NCBI GenBank assembly: GCA_015233195.1
Contig: JADFYE010000003.1
Coordinates: 10,489 to 74,488, forward strand
Direction: 5' to 3'
DNA length: 64,000 bases
DNA from: Candidatus Omnitrophota bacterium
GTDB taxonomy: Bacteria; Omnitrophota; Gorgyraeia; Zapsychrales; Zapsychraceae
In this document: one piece after another, positions 30,247-39,687 of the stretch
Numbering within the stretch: the stretch's first letter is position 1
Layout: each line of letters starts with the position of its first letter
Position numbers and translations under genes: made by a program
Notes under the pieces: generated by a model
Database searches by the model: none
Seen by the model: the letters and a program-made list of their open reading frames with translations, nothing else
Told to the model about the DNA's origin: nothing

Positions 30247-31383
30247 TTAAAAGTGTTTTTTACATAATTCCGTAAACACATTGAACGCATTTTTCTTATT
30301 GATATCGCTTATCATCCGAACGGTTTCAATAAGTGCCCACGCCCCATATACCCATGTAATCCAAAATCGCGTACCAGGGAAAAGAAATTGGATCAGCCAT
30401 AATATGAAAAGCGCGGTAGCTTCGAACAGCTGAAAGTCCATGCTTGCTAGAAACAGAAACCCGAGGTATGACTGGAGTATTGTTAATAGGATTTCTGCCT
30501 TTTGATGATCATCAAAAATGATCGGGGATATTTTCCCCATGCCGAAAGAATATAGAAAGGGTATCATTGCCACGAGTATAGTCCACTGATTTATAGAAGA
30601 AGAAACAAAGTTGATAAGCGCCATTGGCGCTTTATCTACCTTTCTCGCCCAGCAAAAGGCTGATAATTTTTCGGGAAATTCACTTAAAAATGGCGCCACC
30701 CATTGCACAAATACAAACTGCGATACGCCAATAGAAACTGCTATGGCAAGCATTGAATTAAGAAAAGGATGCGCGGAAAAATATATTATTATGGCTCCGA
30801 GGATAAATATACATAATATCCCAATAATATTGAATGGATGACTCAAGGACATTATATATTTAGGAATCCTGCTGAGGTCCTCGATTTCCTCCTTGTCACG
30901 AGGAGGCATTTTGGTAAGTAAATATATATAGGCAAAATAGATTGCTGCCAATATAATTCCGTCAAAGATATTTAATGTGGCTTTAAAATATATTACTAAA
31001 AAATACAGGAGTGCTGGCAGGAGAAACAGTATTGCTATCGAATGTTCATCGTCTAGCTTTATAGTCCAAGAACCCTTTTTATCGGTCTTAGTTTTTCTGG
31101 AAAGAAGAGAAACAAAATATACCATAGGGAAACCAAGCCCGATAAATAAGCGTAATGATCCAGTGAAATTTGCGGTAATTAGATGCATTTTTGCCGGGTC
31201 TTTGGCTGCATCTAGCGTTATGACAGCTTCGACTGCAAATTCGGGAATGGTTTGAACCCAGGCGAGTACTGCAAGTGCCAGTCCTTGGGAGATAAAAAAT
31301 TGACCACTTTCAGCTGCCCATGCGATAAGTAAAGCCGCTAAAACTATGGCTGGGAATGTCCAAAACGCGTTGAAAATTTCCAT
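30247..31383 (-). CDS. Polytopic membrane protein, cation antiporter-like (CaCA-like, tentative)
   Basis: About 10 TM segments. WAAESGQFFISQGLALAVLAWVQTIPEFAVEAVI resembles the alpha-repeat region of Na+/Ca2+-exchanger-like proteins. Confidence 0.4.
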   Translation of the reverse strand: MEIFNAFWTFPAIVLAALLIAWAAESGQFFISQGLALAVLAWVQTIPEFAVEAVITLDAAKDPAKMHLITANFTGSLRLFIGLGFPMVYFVSLLSRKTKTDKKGSWTIKLDDEHSIAILFLLPALLYFLVIYFKATLNIFDGIILAAIYFAYIYLLTKMPPRDKEEIEDLSRIPKYIMSLSHPFNIIGILCIFILGAIIIYFSAHPFLNSMLAIAVSIGVSQFVFVQWVAPFLSEFPEKLSAFCWARKVDKAPMALINFVSSSINQWTILVAMIPFLYSFGMGKISPIIFDDHQKAEILLTILQSYLGFLFLASMDFQLFEATALFILWLIQFLFPGTRFWITWVYGAWALIETVRMISDINKKNAFNVFTELCKKHF

Positions 31384-32463
31384 CTAATTATTGTCTTTTT
31401 TAGGATCTGATTGGCTTAGGGTTTGCATACCATATAATTTAAATAAATCATTCATATTGGTAGTTTTTAAATCAATACCTCCGCCTTCGCCAAACGGTAA
31501 AAGATAGATTTTTTTACCGGTTAAAGCTTCAGCCATTTTAATTTTTACCATAGTTGCGCCGCCGGAATTGTTCAAAGCTTCAACCATTTTTTCAATACCT
31601 TGAGCTTGGGCAGTCCCTTCTGCTTCAATGGCTTTTGCAATTTTTGACTGTTGGTCGTAATAAGCATCAGCCGCGATTTTGGCTTTGAGGAATTCTCCGT
31701 CCACATCAGCGATCATTTTATTTACTTCACCTTGTGCTTGCTGTAAAAGCTGATTATATTCTTCAACAGTGGCTTTAACTTCGGATTTAAAACGTTCGAC
31801 TTGTTGATCTGCAATTTTTTTGTCTTCAATCGCTTGTTGATAAGCAGCATTGAATCTATAATCTTTTGGTAATACGCTTTCAACGATTACACCCGAGTTA
31901 TTTAATATTTTATTAAGTTGTTGTTTTGCTAATTCAGCTTTTTCAGTACGCTTATTTGCTATATAAAAATCTTCAGTTTTTAACTCGCCGAATAATTCAC
32001 GGGTGACATTACGGGTTATGGGTCTAACTAATTTTTCTTCGAGTTCATAATTATTCCAAGCCACAGTTTGGACTATATCCGGAGCTTTTGCAGGATCAAT
32101 CCGATACGCTATAATAACGTCTAGAGCTATATCATTACCGTCTATAGTTTTAAATATTAAAGCGTCATTACCTTGGCGCGCGCCGCGGGAATGTGTAGCT
32201 GTCATCTCCATATTTTGTAGTTTGGTATCAAACGTGTACCAATCGTTTATTACTGGAGGGAAAAAATATGTAGCGCCTGGAGCATAAATTTTTTGAACCA
32301 CTCCTTGCTTTGCTATCGGCGACCATTTAATTACCCGTATCCCAACTTCAGTAGAACGGGTTTGGTGTGGAAACAAAATGAATATCAATAGTAAAATTAA
32401 AATTGCTGGTGCGACTAGATTTGCGTATTTAAAATTTTTCATGGTGTTTCCCTTGGCTTTCAT
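31384..32463 (-). CDS. SPFH/band-7 (prohibitin/HflC-like) membrane protein
   Basis: N-terminal TM helix, SPFH core and a long coiled coil. Confidence 0.8.
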   Translation of the reverse strand: MKAKGNTMKNFKYANLVAPAILILLLIFILFPHQTRSTEVGIRVIKWSPIAKQGVVQKIYAPGATYFFPPVINDWYTFDTKLQNMEMTATHSRGARQGNDALIFKTIDGNDIALDVIIAYRIDPAKAPDIVQTVAWNNYELEEKLVRPITRNVTRELFGELKTEDFYIANKRTEKAELAKQQLNKILNNSGVIVESVLPKDYRFNAAYQQAIEDKKIADQQVERFKSEVKATVEEYNQLLQQAQGEVNKMIADVDGEFLKAKIAADAYYDQQSKIAKAIEAEGTAQAQGIEKMVEALNNSGGATMVKIKMAEALTGKKIYLLPFGEGGGIDLKTTNMNDLFKLYGMQTLSQSDPKKDNN

Positions 32464-33521
32464 TGTTTTTGAACGTCATTGAATAATTGCATGGTTTTTT
32501 GTAGATTCAATGGGTTAATACCGTTCGGTCCGCTCGACGGCAGCATAATCAGGTCGAGACCTTTATAAATATCAGCCAGTTTTAAACCTAAAAGATTTTC
32601 TGATCCTTGATTTTGATAAGCTTTGTTTATTTGTTCGGTTTTTTTAGCTTCAGCTAAGTTTATCAATAGATCAGCTTCAGCTTTTTTGGTTCTCACATAT
32701 TGATCGCGTTCCGCGTTCTTTTTTACCATGTAAGCTTTGCCTTCAGCTAATTTAACTTTTATATTAGCTTCGCCTTCTTGTTGTACTTTTGAAACTACGG
32801 CTTTTTCAGCTGAAGCTTTGGTCTTGGATTGATTTGTAAATACTAATTGATCTTTTAATTTTTTTTCTTCAATATTTTTTTGAAGCTCTTCACTATATTT
32901 AAAGTAGCGGACTAAGACGTGTTCAACTTGTATACCTTTTGGATTAAGCGCTTCATTAAGCAAATTTTTGGCATCGTCAGTCTTTTTTACTCTTAATGGA
33001 CTATTATAAAATTCCTCAGTAGTCATTTCACCTAAAGCTTCTTTTAGCTTTGGTTCGACTTTTGGTATTATACCGTTGTCTTCATAAAGTTTGCCCGGTC
33101 CGATCGTGGTGAGCACTTTGTATGGATCAACTATTCTATAAAGAGTGCTTACGTCCACATCCACAAAAAAACCGTCGGAAGTTTGGATATGCGCGGCTTT
33201 TTCTCTTCGGGCGTTTCTCGAAGCGGTTATTTCAAAATTACTTAATTCAAAAACTTGCATATCCCTGGGAAATCGGTGCATGAATTCAAAACCGAATGGC
33301 ATAATGAAATGATATCCGGTTGTATAAATTTTTTCATGGATACCTTGCTTGATACCGATATTGACTTGTTTGATTCCAAATTCATTTGGACGGATATAAA
33401 CAAAGCAGCCAGATAGTATGGTATATAAAAATATTGCGACAATTGCAGCGCTAATAATTTTCCAGATTGGGATATTTTTGGTATTAATAATATCCTCTGG
33501 CCGTATATCTTTAAAAGACAT
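32460..33521 (-). CDS. SPFH/band-7 (HflK-like) membrane protein
   Basis: Same architecture as its neighbour. 4-nt overlap with the next gene. Confidence 0.8.
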   Translation of the reverse strand: MSFKDIRPEDIINTKNIPIWKIISAAIVAIFLYTILSGCFVYIRPNEFGIKQVNIGIKQGIHEKIYTTGYHFIMPFGFEFMHRFPRDMQVFELSNFEITASRNARREKAAHIQTSDGFFVDVDVSTLYRIVDPYKVLTTIGPGKLYEDNGIIPKVEPKLKEALGEMTTEEFYNSPLRVKKTDDAKNLLNEALNPKGIQVEHVLVRYFKYSEELQKNIEEKKLKDQLVFTNQSKTKASAEKAVVSKVQQEGEANIKVKLAEGKAYMVKKNAERDQYVRTKKAEADLLINLAEAKKTEQINKAYQNQGSENLLGLKLADIYKGLDLIMLPSSGPNGINPLNLQKTMQLFNDVQKQ

Positions 33522-33554
33522 TCGTCCATCTCCTTGTTAAATTGTGATAAAAAG

Positions 33555-35231
33555 TTAACGGATATTCATGACTGGAACAGGTTTTGCGTTTACTTCAGCT
33601 ACAAATCCAGTTGAAGATTTGCTGCATGGTGTTCCGGAATTGTCGTCTACTGTTACGTTCACATTGTATTTCCCGCTTTTAATAAAGGTGTGTTTGACTG
33701 TAGGACCATAAGCTTTGGTGCCGTCGCCAAAATCCCAAACATAAGTTAGATGGTCACCGTCAGGATCGCTGGACGCTGAAGCATTAAAGTCAGTTTCTTT
33801 TCCGACACAGCAAGCGTTATTTGGACCTGCATCAGCTATCGGTGGAGTATTGACTCTTACTTGGGCTTCCGCAGTTGCAGTTGAACAATTAGTTCCTTTA
33901 CTATCATCAACAATTACAGTTGCGCGATACGACCCGCCTTGGGCATATTTATGGGCGATTTTAGATACTCCTTTTGATATTTCTCCATCGCCAAAACTCC
34001 AATAATATTCTAAATTACCACCGTCTGCGTCATTAGCTGAAGCTTCAAATTGTGCAGGCGATCCAGAACACACATATTCTTCAGATTTTAAAGATACTGT
34101 AGGCGCTGCGTTTACTGTAACAATTTTTGTGGATTTAGATTCAGGACACATTTTATTAAGTTCATCAGCAATGCTTAAAGTGGCCTGATACGTACCGGGT
34201 TTTATATAAGTGTGGGTCGCGGTAAATCCGTTAGCAACATCCCCATCCCCAAATACCCAGTTTGCAGAGACTGTGCCTTTTTTATAAATTGTACTTTTAT
34301 TACCGTCGAATGAAACTGGTTCACCCGGACAGGTTAAGGCTGGTTCTCCGGCTACTGCTACTGGTGCTTTACTTAATTTTACGGAGACAAAACTTACTGC
34401 AGTACCGCAGCCGACATTGGTATTATCTTTCACAATCAGTTTTACATCATAGTTACCAATGTCTTTGTATTTATGCGAAACTTCCGCGCCGTCCGCAGAA
34501 TCTCCGTCGCCAAAATCCCATAAATAGGATAATTTGTCATTATTGATATCAGACGAGTTTGCTCCATTAAACAACACCACATAATCTGATTCTTGGCTTA
34601 CGCATTTTAAAACTTCTTCTGGTCCTGCGTTGGCTACTGGTGGGTCATTTACTATTATTTCTTTTTCAAAAGATTTTTTGCTGCAAGCAGTTTTTTTATT
34701 ATCATCGACAGTTAAATTTACTTTATATTTTCCGCCTTTAGCGTAGATTTTTGAAACAGTTGATGCGCCGTTGGCTTTTGTGCTGTCGCCAAAATCCCAA
34801 TCATAAAATAAGTCTTTGGTTGATTTGTCATAGCTGGAGCTGCCGTCAAATTTTACTGGCTGGTTGGAACAAACCAGATCAGGCGCGGTGAAACTCGAAT
34901 ACGGCGGTATGTTAGCGCGTACGGATTGTTGAACAACTGCAGAAGAAAATTCAGTTCCAATATTTTTTTTAACTGTTAGGGTTGCGGTATAATCGCCGGA
35001 GTTTTCATAAGTATGGTCTACTATTGGTTCAGTACTTGTCTGTCCGTCACCAAAATCCCATAATATTGAAATATTTTGGTTATCCGGGTCATAAGATCCA
35101 GTTGAGTCAAATGTAAAAATATTACAACGTTGACTGGTTAAAGGTGCTTTGGCGTCTTCCGCGGATATTGATAAAGGAAATAGAAATAATAAAATAACAA
35201 TACGACATAAACAAGAAAGCAATCTTTTCAT
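33555..35231 (-). CDS. Secreted protein with about six tandem PKD domains
   Basis: Signal peptide, then a repeated pattern: FD(G/A)S.S.D...(L/I).Y.W(D/S)FGDG....G......H.Y...G.Y.V.LTV.D. Confidence 0.85.
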   Translation of the reverse strand: MKRLLSCLCRIVILLFLFPLSISAEDAKAPLTSQRCNIFTFDSTGSYDPDNQNISILWDFGDGQTSTEPIVDHTYENSGDYTATLTVKKNIGTEFSSAVVQQSVRANIPPYSSFTAPDLVCSNQPVKFDGSSSYDKSTKDLFYDWDFGDSTKANGASTVSKIYAKGGKYKVNLTVDDNKKTACSKKSFEKEIIVNDPPVANAGPEEVLKCVSQESDYVVLFNGANSSDINNDKLSYLWDFGDGDSADGAEVSHKYKDIGNYDVKLIVKDNTNVGCGTAVSFVSVKLSKAPVAVAGEPALTCPGEPVSFDGNKSTIYKKGTVSANWVFGDGDVANGFTATHTYIKPGTYQATLSIADELNKMCPESKSTKIVTVNAAPTVSLKSEEYVCSGSPAQFEASANDADGGNLEYYWSFGDGEISKGVSKIAHKYAQGGSYRATVIVDDSKGTNCSTATAEAQVRVNTPPIADAGPNNACCVGKETDFNASASSDPDGDHLTYVWDFGDGTKAYGPTVKHTFIKSGKYNVNVTVDDNSGTPCSKSSTGFVAEVNAKPVPVMNIR

Positions 35232-35317
35232 ATTACTTTTCTCCCCTGGATTTAATAAGTTATATAAATATACAATAGCATGAAATAAAATGTAAGAAAT
35301 AGATTTTTAAAAAAATA

Positions 35318-36610
35318 TTAATTTGTAAAATTTGCTATTATATTTTGTCCTTCGATTTTTTCTAATTTCACCAGGCAGATTTTATTTCGCAGGTCTTGAT
35401 CGGATTTCATAAGTACCCGCACATAATGGCTAGTTAATCCTGACCAGAACCCATTTTTTTTCTGTTCGAATAGTACTGGAACAGTTTGACCTAACAAAGA
35501 TTTGAAAAATTTTTGCCGTTTTAAAATTCCTAATTGGCGGAGTTTTTGACTGCGTTTTTGAATAATGGCTGCACTTATGTGATCGGGTAGGTCTTTACTT
35601 CTTGCGAGTTTACGTTTTGAGTAGCTAAATACGTGAAAATAATCTATAGGTAAAGTTTCAAGTTTTTGATAGGTGTCGTTAAACAGCTCTTCGGTTTCTC
35701 CTGGGAATCCTACAATTACGTCAGTGCCTATGCAAATATCTGGAACGAGCTTTTTTACGGATAATATAAAATCTTTAAATTCCGCAAATGAATAAATCCG
35801 ATTCATAGCTTTTAATATTGTATCATTACAGCTTTGTACCGGCGAATGCAGATGCCGGCATACTTTTTTATTTTTTACCATGAATTTAAAAATCTCAAGA
35901 CCAGTAGTTTTAGGTTCGATCGAGGATATTCGCACTCTTTCAATGCCTGCTAGCTCTGTGATGCTTTTTAATACATTGAGCAGTCTCTTATCTTTAAATT
36001 CATATGTTCCGGTATTAACTCCAGTAAGTACAATTTCTTTATATCCGTTTTTAGCGAGGAGTTCTGCTTCTTCGAGAATGTTTCCAAATACTCGACTTCG
36101 AGATCTACCTCTAGCAAAAGGCACTTCACAGTAAGAACAAAAATAATCACAGCCGTCTTGGATTTTTAAATTAGCACGGGTATGCGTATTGCTGTGCATA
36201 ACTATTGGCATTGAAAAATATTTTTTAGGAATAGGATTTACTATTACTGATGTGGTTATGCTTTTTAAAGAATTTTTGATTATATCGACCAGCTCCATTT
36301 TATCGGAATTACCTATCACCCATTTAACCTTTGGCAAGGTTAATAGTTCTTGTTTTTGGGTTTGGGCCTGACAACCAATAATCGCGATCTTTGCGTTAGG
36401 ATTAGCGCGTATTATTTGGTTTATTAATTTACGGGTATCGAGATCCCCATTAGCTGTGACTGTGCAGGTATTGATCAAAAAAATATCAGCCTGTTCTTTT
36501 TTTGTAGTTATTTCAAAATCTGCTTGTTTAAACAGACCTTCTAATATAGAAGTCTCGCCTTGATTAAGCCTGCAGCCAAAAGTGTGGAAATATATTTTAG
36601 GTAATAACAT
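35318..36610 (-). CDS. mtaB: Radical-SAM methylthiotransferase, MtaB-like (tRNA ms2t6A)
   Basis: N-terminal FHTFGCRLNQ/INTCTV cysteines. Radical SAM motif CDYFCSYC. TRAM-like C-terminus. Confidence 0.8.
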   Translation of the reverse strand: MLLPKIYFHTFGCRLNQGETSILEGLFKQADFEITTKKEQADIFLINTCTVTANGDLDTRKLINQIIRANPNAKIAIIGCQAQTQKQELLTLPKVKWVIGNSDKMELVDIIKNSLKSITTSVIVNPIPKKYFSMPIVMHSNTHTRANLKIQDGCDYFCSYCEVPFARGRSRSRVFGNILEEAELLAKNGYKEIVLTGVNTGTYEFKDKRLLNVLKSITELAGIERVRISSIEPKTTGLEIFKFMVKNKKVCRHLHSPVQSCNDTILKAMNRIYSFAEFKDFILSVKKLVPDICIGTDVIVGFPGETEELFNDTYQKLETLPIDYFHVFSYSKRKLARSKDLPDHISAAIIQKRSQKLRQLGILKRQKFFKSLLGQTVPVLFEQKKNGFWSGLTSHYVRVLMKSDQDLRNKICLVKLEKIEGQNIIANFTN

Positions 36611-36644
36611 AATAGCTCACATACTATAATTCTTATTTTGCAAA

Positions 36645-37652
36645 ATGGCAAATGCTTGTATACTATCCCCTATGAAAATTGGTAATTTACAAATTGATAA
36701 GCCGCTTATTTTGGCACCTATGGAGAACGTAACTGACGCTCCTTTTCGCGCTATCATGCGCAGATTAGGCGCTGATATGGTATTCACTGAATTCACCAGT
36801 TGTGAAGCATTGATCCGGGATATTGAAAAAGCTGATAAAAAAGTGACTATATTAGACGAAGAACGGCCTATTGGGATTCAGATATTCGGAAGCAATCCTG
36901 ATTCTATGGCTCGTGCTGCTCAAAAAATTGAACAGTTTAAACCAGATTTCATTGATATTAATGCTGGTTGCTGGTCGAGAAGTCATGTCAGCCGCGGCGA
37001 ATGCGCTGCCTTATTAAAAGATTTGCCTAATTTTGAAAAGATTGTACGAGAGGTTGTAAAAGCAGTATCAGTTCCAGTTACTGTAAAAACTAGATTGGGA
37101 TGGGACAAAGAAAGTATTGTTATTTTAGATGCTGCTAGCATGCTTGAACAAGCCGGAGCTCAAGCTTTAACTGTGCATTGCCGTACGCGCAATCAAGGAT
37201 ATAAAGGAAAAGCAGATTGGGCGTGGCTTGAAGCTATTCGAAAAAAGATCAGCATCCCTTTGATTGGAAATGGTGATGTTAAAACTCCCAAGGATGCTAA
37301 AGCGCTTTTTGATTTAGGCTGCGACGGAGTTATGGTAGGAAGACAAGCGGTTGCTGATCCCTGGATTTTTCAAGAGATCAAAGAATTCATTAATTTAGGT
37401 AAAATATTGCCCCATAGATCTTGGGAAGAAAAAGTAAAAATTTGTATGGAACATTTGCTTTTATCAGTAAAATATAAAGGTGATGTTTATGGAATAATAA
37501 CTTTTCGTAAACATTATGCGGGGTATTTGCATGGTCTTCCATATGCTGCTAAATTACGGAATGATCTGATGCAAATGAAAAATATTGAGGATATAAAAAA
37601 GGCTTTAGAAAGTTTTTCTGATAAATTACACCACAAAGGAATAGATTTATGA
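36645..37652 (+). CDS. dusB: tRNA-dihydrouridine synthase
   Basis: LAPMENVTDAPFR and DINAGC motifs. Typical Dus TIM barrel plus helical domain. Confidence 0.85.
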   Translation: MANACILSPMKIGNLQIDKPLILAPMENVTDAPFRAIMRRLGADMVFTEFTSCEALIRDIEKADKKVTILDEERPIGIQIFGSNPDSMARAAQKIEQFKPDFIDINAGCWSRSHVSRGECAALLKDLPNFEKIVREVVKAVSVPVTVKTRLGWDKESIVILDAASMLEQAGAQALTVHCRTRNQGYKGKADWAWLEAIRKKISIPLIGNGDVKTPKDAKALFDLGCDGVMVGRQAVADPWIFQEIKEFINLGKILPHRSWEEKVKICMEHLLLSVKYKGDVYGIITFRKHYAGYLHGLPYAAKLRNDLMQMKNIEDIKKALESFSDKLHHKGIDL

Positions 37653-38566
37653 GAAAAGTTTGGTTATTAATATTTTTTTTAGTTTTGTTTACTTCGTCTT
37701 TATCTTTTGCTGAAGTGCTTACCTTATATTCTGGAAAACAAGTTACTGGGACTATTGTTTCAAAGACTGATTCAACTGTGGTTATTGAAAATGAACAAGG
37801 TCGTAAAATTACTTATTATTCAGGTGAGATTAAGTCAATTGAGGGCAGTCCAGAACCAATTTCAGAGGAGAAAAAAACTGAAGTCACGGCTGCAGATACT
37901 GCACCTATTGAAACTGTGCCTACAGAAGCTGCTGCGCCTGAAGCTGCGCCTGTAGAGGCAGCTGCACCTGCGCCTGCGCCAGCTTCGGGTGATGCTGGCA
38001 GTGGCGGCTTAAAAAGTTATGGACAAGATGTGGTCGGGTATTACATGAAAAAAGAAACAGCTGAACCTGCTCCTAGAAAAGTTTATGGCAGCACTCAGGA
38101 GTATATCAAGGAACAATTTAAAGAACAGGTTGAGGCTTTTCCAGGGGAATATAATAGAGTAATAGATTTTATTGATTCAAGATTTCCCGGGTTGAGAGAA
38201 AAGGTTACCACCCAAACTACGGAATTTATAAAATCTCCAAATTTTAAAAAATTTATAATTTTTTTGATTGTGTACTATGTTCTTTTTACTATTCCATTTG
38301 TAATGTTAGCCAAACGGTTTCGTTTTAATTGGTTTTTGGCATTGATACCTGGAATTAATTTATTTATTTTCTTAAAAATGGGCGAACGTTCTTATTTAGA
38401 GATAATCATACTTTTGGTGCCAGTGTTTAATATTATTTTGTGGTGGAGGATTTGGGTGCGGATTTCGCGCTTTTTGCAGCGGTCGCATTGGTGGGGATTA
38501 TTGATGTGTGTACCAGTGTTTAACCTTATCGCAATTTGGACATTAGCTTTTTCTAATACTGAGTGA
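37649..38566 (+). CDS. Hypothetical membrane protein (signal peptide, Ala/Pro-rich linker, C-terminal multi-TM domain)
   Basis: SP is MRKVWLLIFFLVLFTSSLSFA. Low-complexity AAAPEAAPVEAAAPAPAPA linker. Four hydrophobic helices at the C-terminus. Confidence 0.4.
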   Translation: MRKVWLLIFFLVLFTSSLSFAEVLTLYSGKQVTGTIVSKTDSTVVIENEQGRKITYYSGEIKSIEGSPEPISEEKKTEVTAADTAPIETVPTEAAAPEAAPVEAAAPAPAPASGDAGSGGLKSYGQDVVGYYMKKETAEPAPRKVYGSTQEYIKEQFKEQVEAFPGEYNRVIDFIDSRFPGLREKVTTQTTEFIKSPNFKKFIIFLIVYYVLFTIPFVMLAKRFRFNWFLALIPGINLFIFLKMGERSYLEIIILLVPVFNIILWWRIWVRISRFLQRSHWWGLLMCVPVFNLIAIWTLAFSNTE

Positions 38567-39568
38567 TTAGATTCGTAAGGCGTTTACCAGGGTTTCGTCG
38601 ATTTTAATCGGAAGTATTGGTTTTTTATCCTGGGGAGTTTTTGCTTTCCAACCTTCCATACTCTGCGGTATATCATTATTGCGTTTTGAAAAAAATTGGA
38701 TCAAGCCAGCAGCTTTTGCAATTTCATTATTGCTAAGATTATTATTAGTCGTTGAAATTATTAGAGTCGGTCCAATTGCGTCTGTGAATTGAACAATTAA
38801 ATCTTCTGGATTAGCATGTTTGATAAGATTAAAATTTTCATCTTCATCTCGCCCTAAAATACATTTAGTGTTTTGGTCAATTCGATAATGTCTGCCCCAG
38901 CGTAAAGATATAATGTCGTTTAAGTCGCGGTAACCGAATTTGAACAGGTCTTGCATACGGTTGCCAAAATTTTTATCAGTTAATAAACACCCGCCTGCAG
39001 GTTGAGGAAATTCTTTAATACCAAATTTTTTGGCTAGTTCCATTTGTTGTTTGCGGGAACGTCCGGATATGGCTAGCATTTTATTACGGTCGATCTTCCC
39101 TTCTTTTTCAGGTATAGTTGCAGGCAGTAATTGTCCGCATAAAGGTCTTACTAATCGTCCGGCAACCCCGCATTTTCTATCGATCAGGTCTAATGCATGT
39201 TTTACTTGCGACATGGGGCGTTGTCCTAAAACTTCACCAGTAAATACAAAATCAGCGCCGATCTCTCTCATATATTCGCCGGCTTTAGTTATCATATAAA
39301 TTTTGCAGTCTATACAGGGGTTGATTGCTGTGCCTCGTCCATATTTGGGATTTTTTACGATATCCAGAAAATCTTCACCCATATTTATGACCTTGAGTGG
39401 TAATCCGGCATGTTGGCAAGCGCGAGTTGCGTTAACTACATTTCCACATCCAAACGGTAAAGCAAAACATATGCAGTAAACATCGATTTCCATGTTTTTT
39501 ACAACATGGATAACGACGCTGCTGTCTAGCCCTCCTGAAACCAATCCTATTGCTTTTATTTTATTCAT
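38567..39568 (-). CDS. PP-loop ATP pyrophosphatase, tRNA sulfurtransferase-like (ThiI/MnmA-related)
   Basis: SGGLDSS PP-loop. NPCIDCK and TGEVLGQRPMSQ motifs. Start set to MNKIKAIG (39568). Confidence 0.6.
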   Translation of the reverse strand: MNKIKAIGLVSGGLDSSVVIHVVKNMEIDVYCICFALPFGCGNVVNATRACQHAGLPLKVINMGEDFLDIVKNPKYGRGTAINPCIDCKIYMITKAGEYMREIGADFVFTGEVLGQRPMSQVKHALDLIDRKCGVAGRLVRPLCGQLLPATIPEKEGKIDRNKMLAISGRSRKQQMELAKKFGIKEFPQPAGGCLLTDKNFGNRMQDLFKFGYRDLNDIISLRWGRHYRIDQNTKCILGRDEDENFNLIKHANPEDLIVQFTDAIGPTLIISTTNNNLSNNEIAKAAGLIQFFSKRNNDIPQSMEGWKAKTPQDKKPILPIKIDETLVNALRI

Positions 39569-39687
39569 GGCGAGAATATTAAAGAAAAATAATTGATATA
39601 TCAAGTTATTTTCTTTTCTTGAAAATTTTAATATTTATATGTTATTATATTGCCTCAAAAATTAAAAAATTTAAAAAGGTTTGGTTT

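Noticed and set aside
33555-35231. The PKD-repeat gene as a candidate for an unusual repeat array or diversity-generating target.
   Set aside because: The repeats are diverged at the DNA level, there is no nearby reverse transcriptase or template repeat, and the architecture is an ordinary multi-PKD secreted protein.
37880-37990. GC-rich, repetitive-looking gctgc/cctgc tract that might be a DNA repeat or regulatory array.
   Set aside because: It is in frame in the 305-aa hypothetical protein and encodes an Ala/Pro/Glu low-complexity linker (AAAPEAAPVEAAAPAPAPA). It is a compositional feature of the protein, not a separate element.
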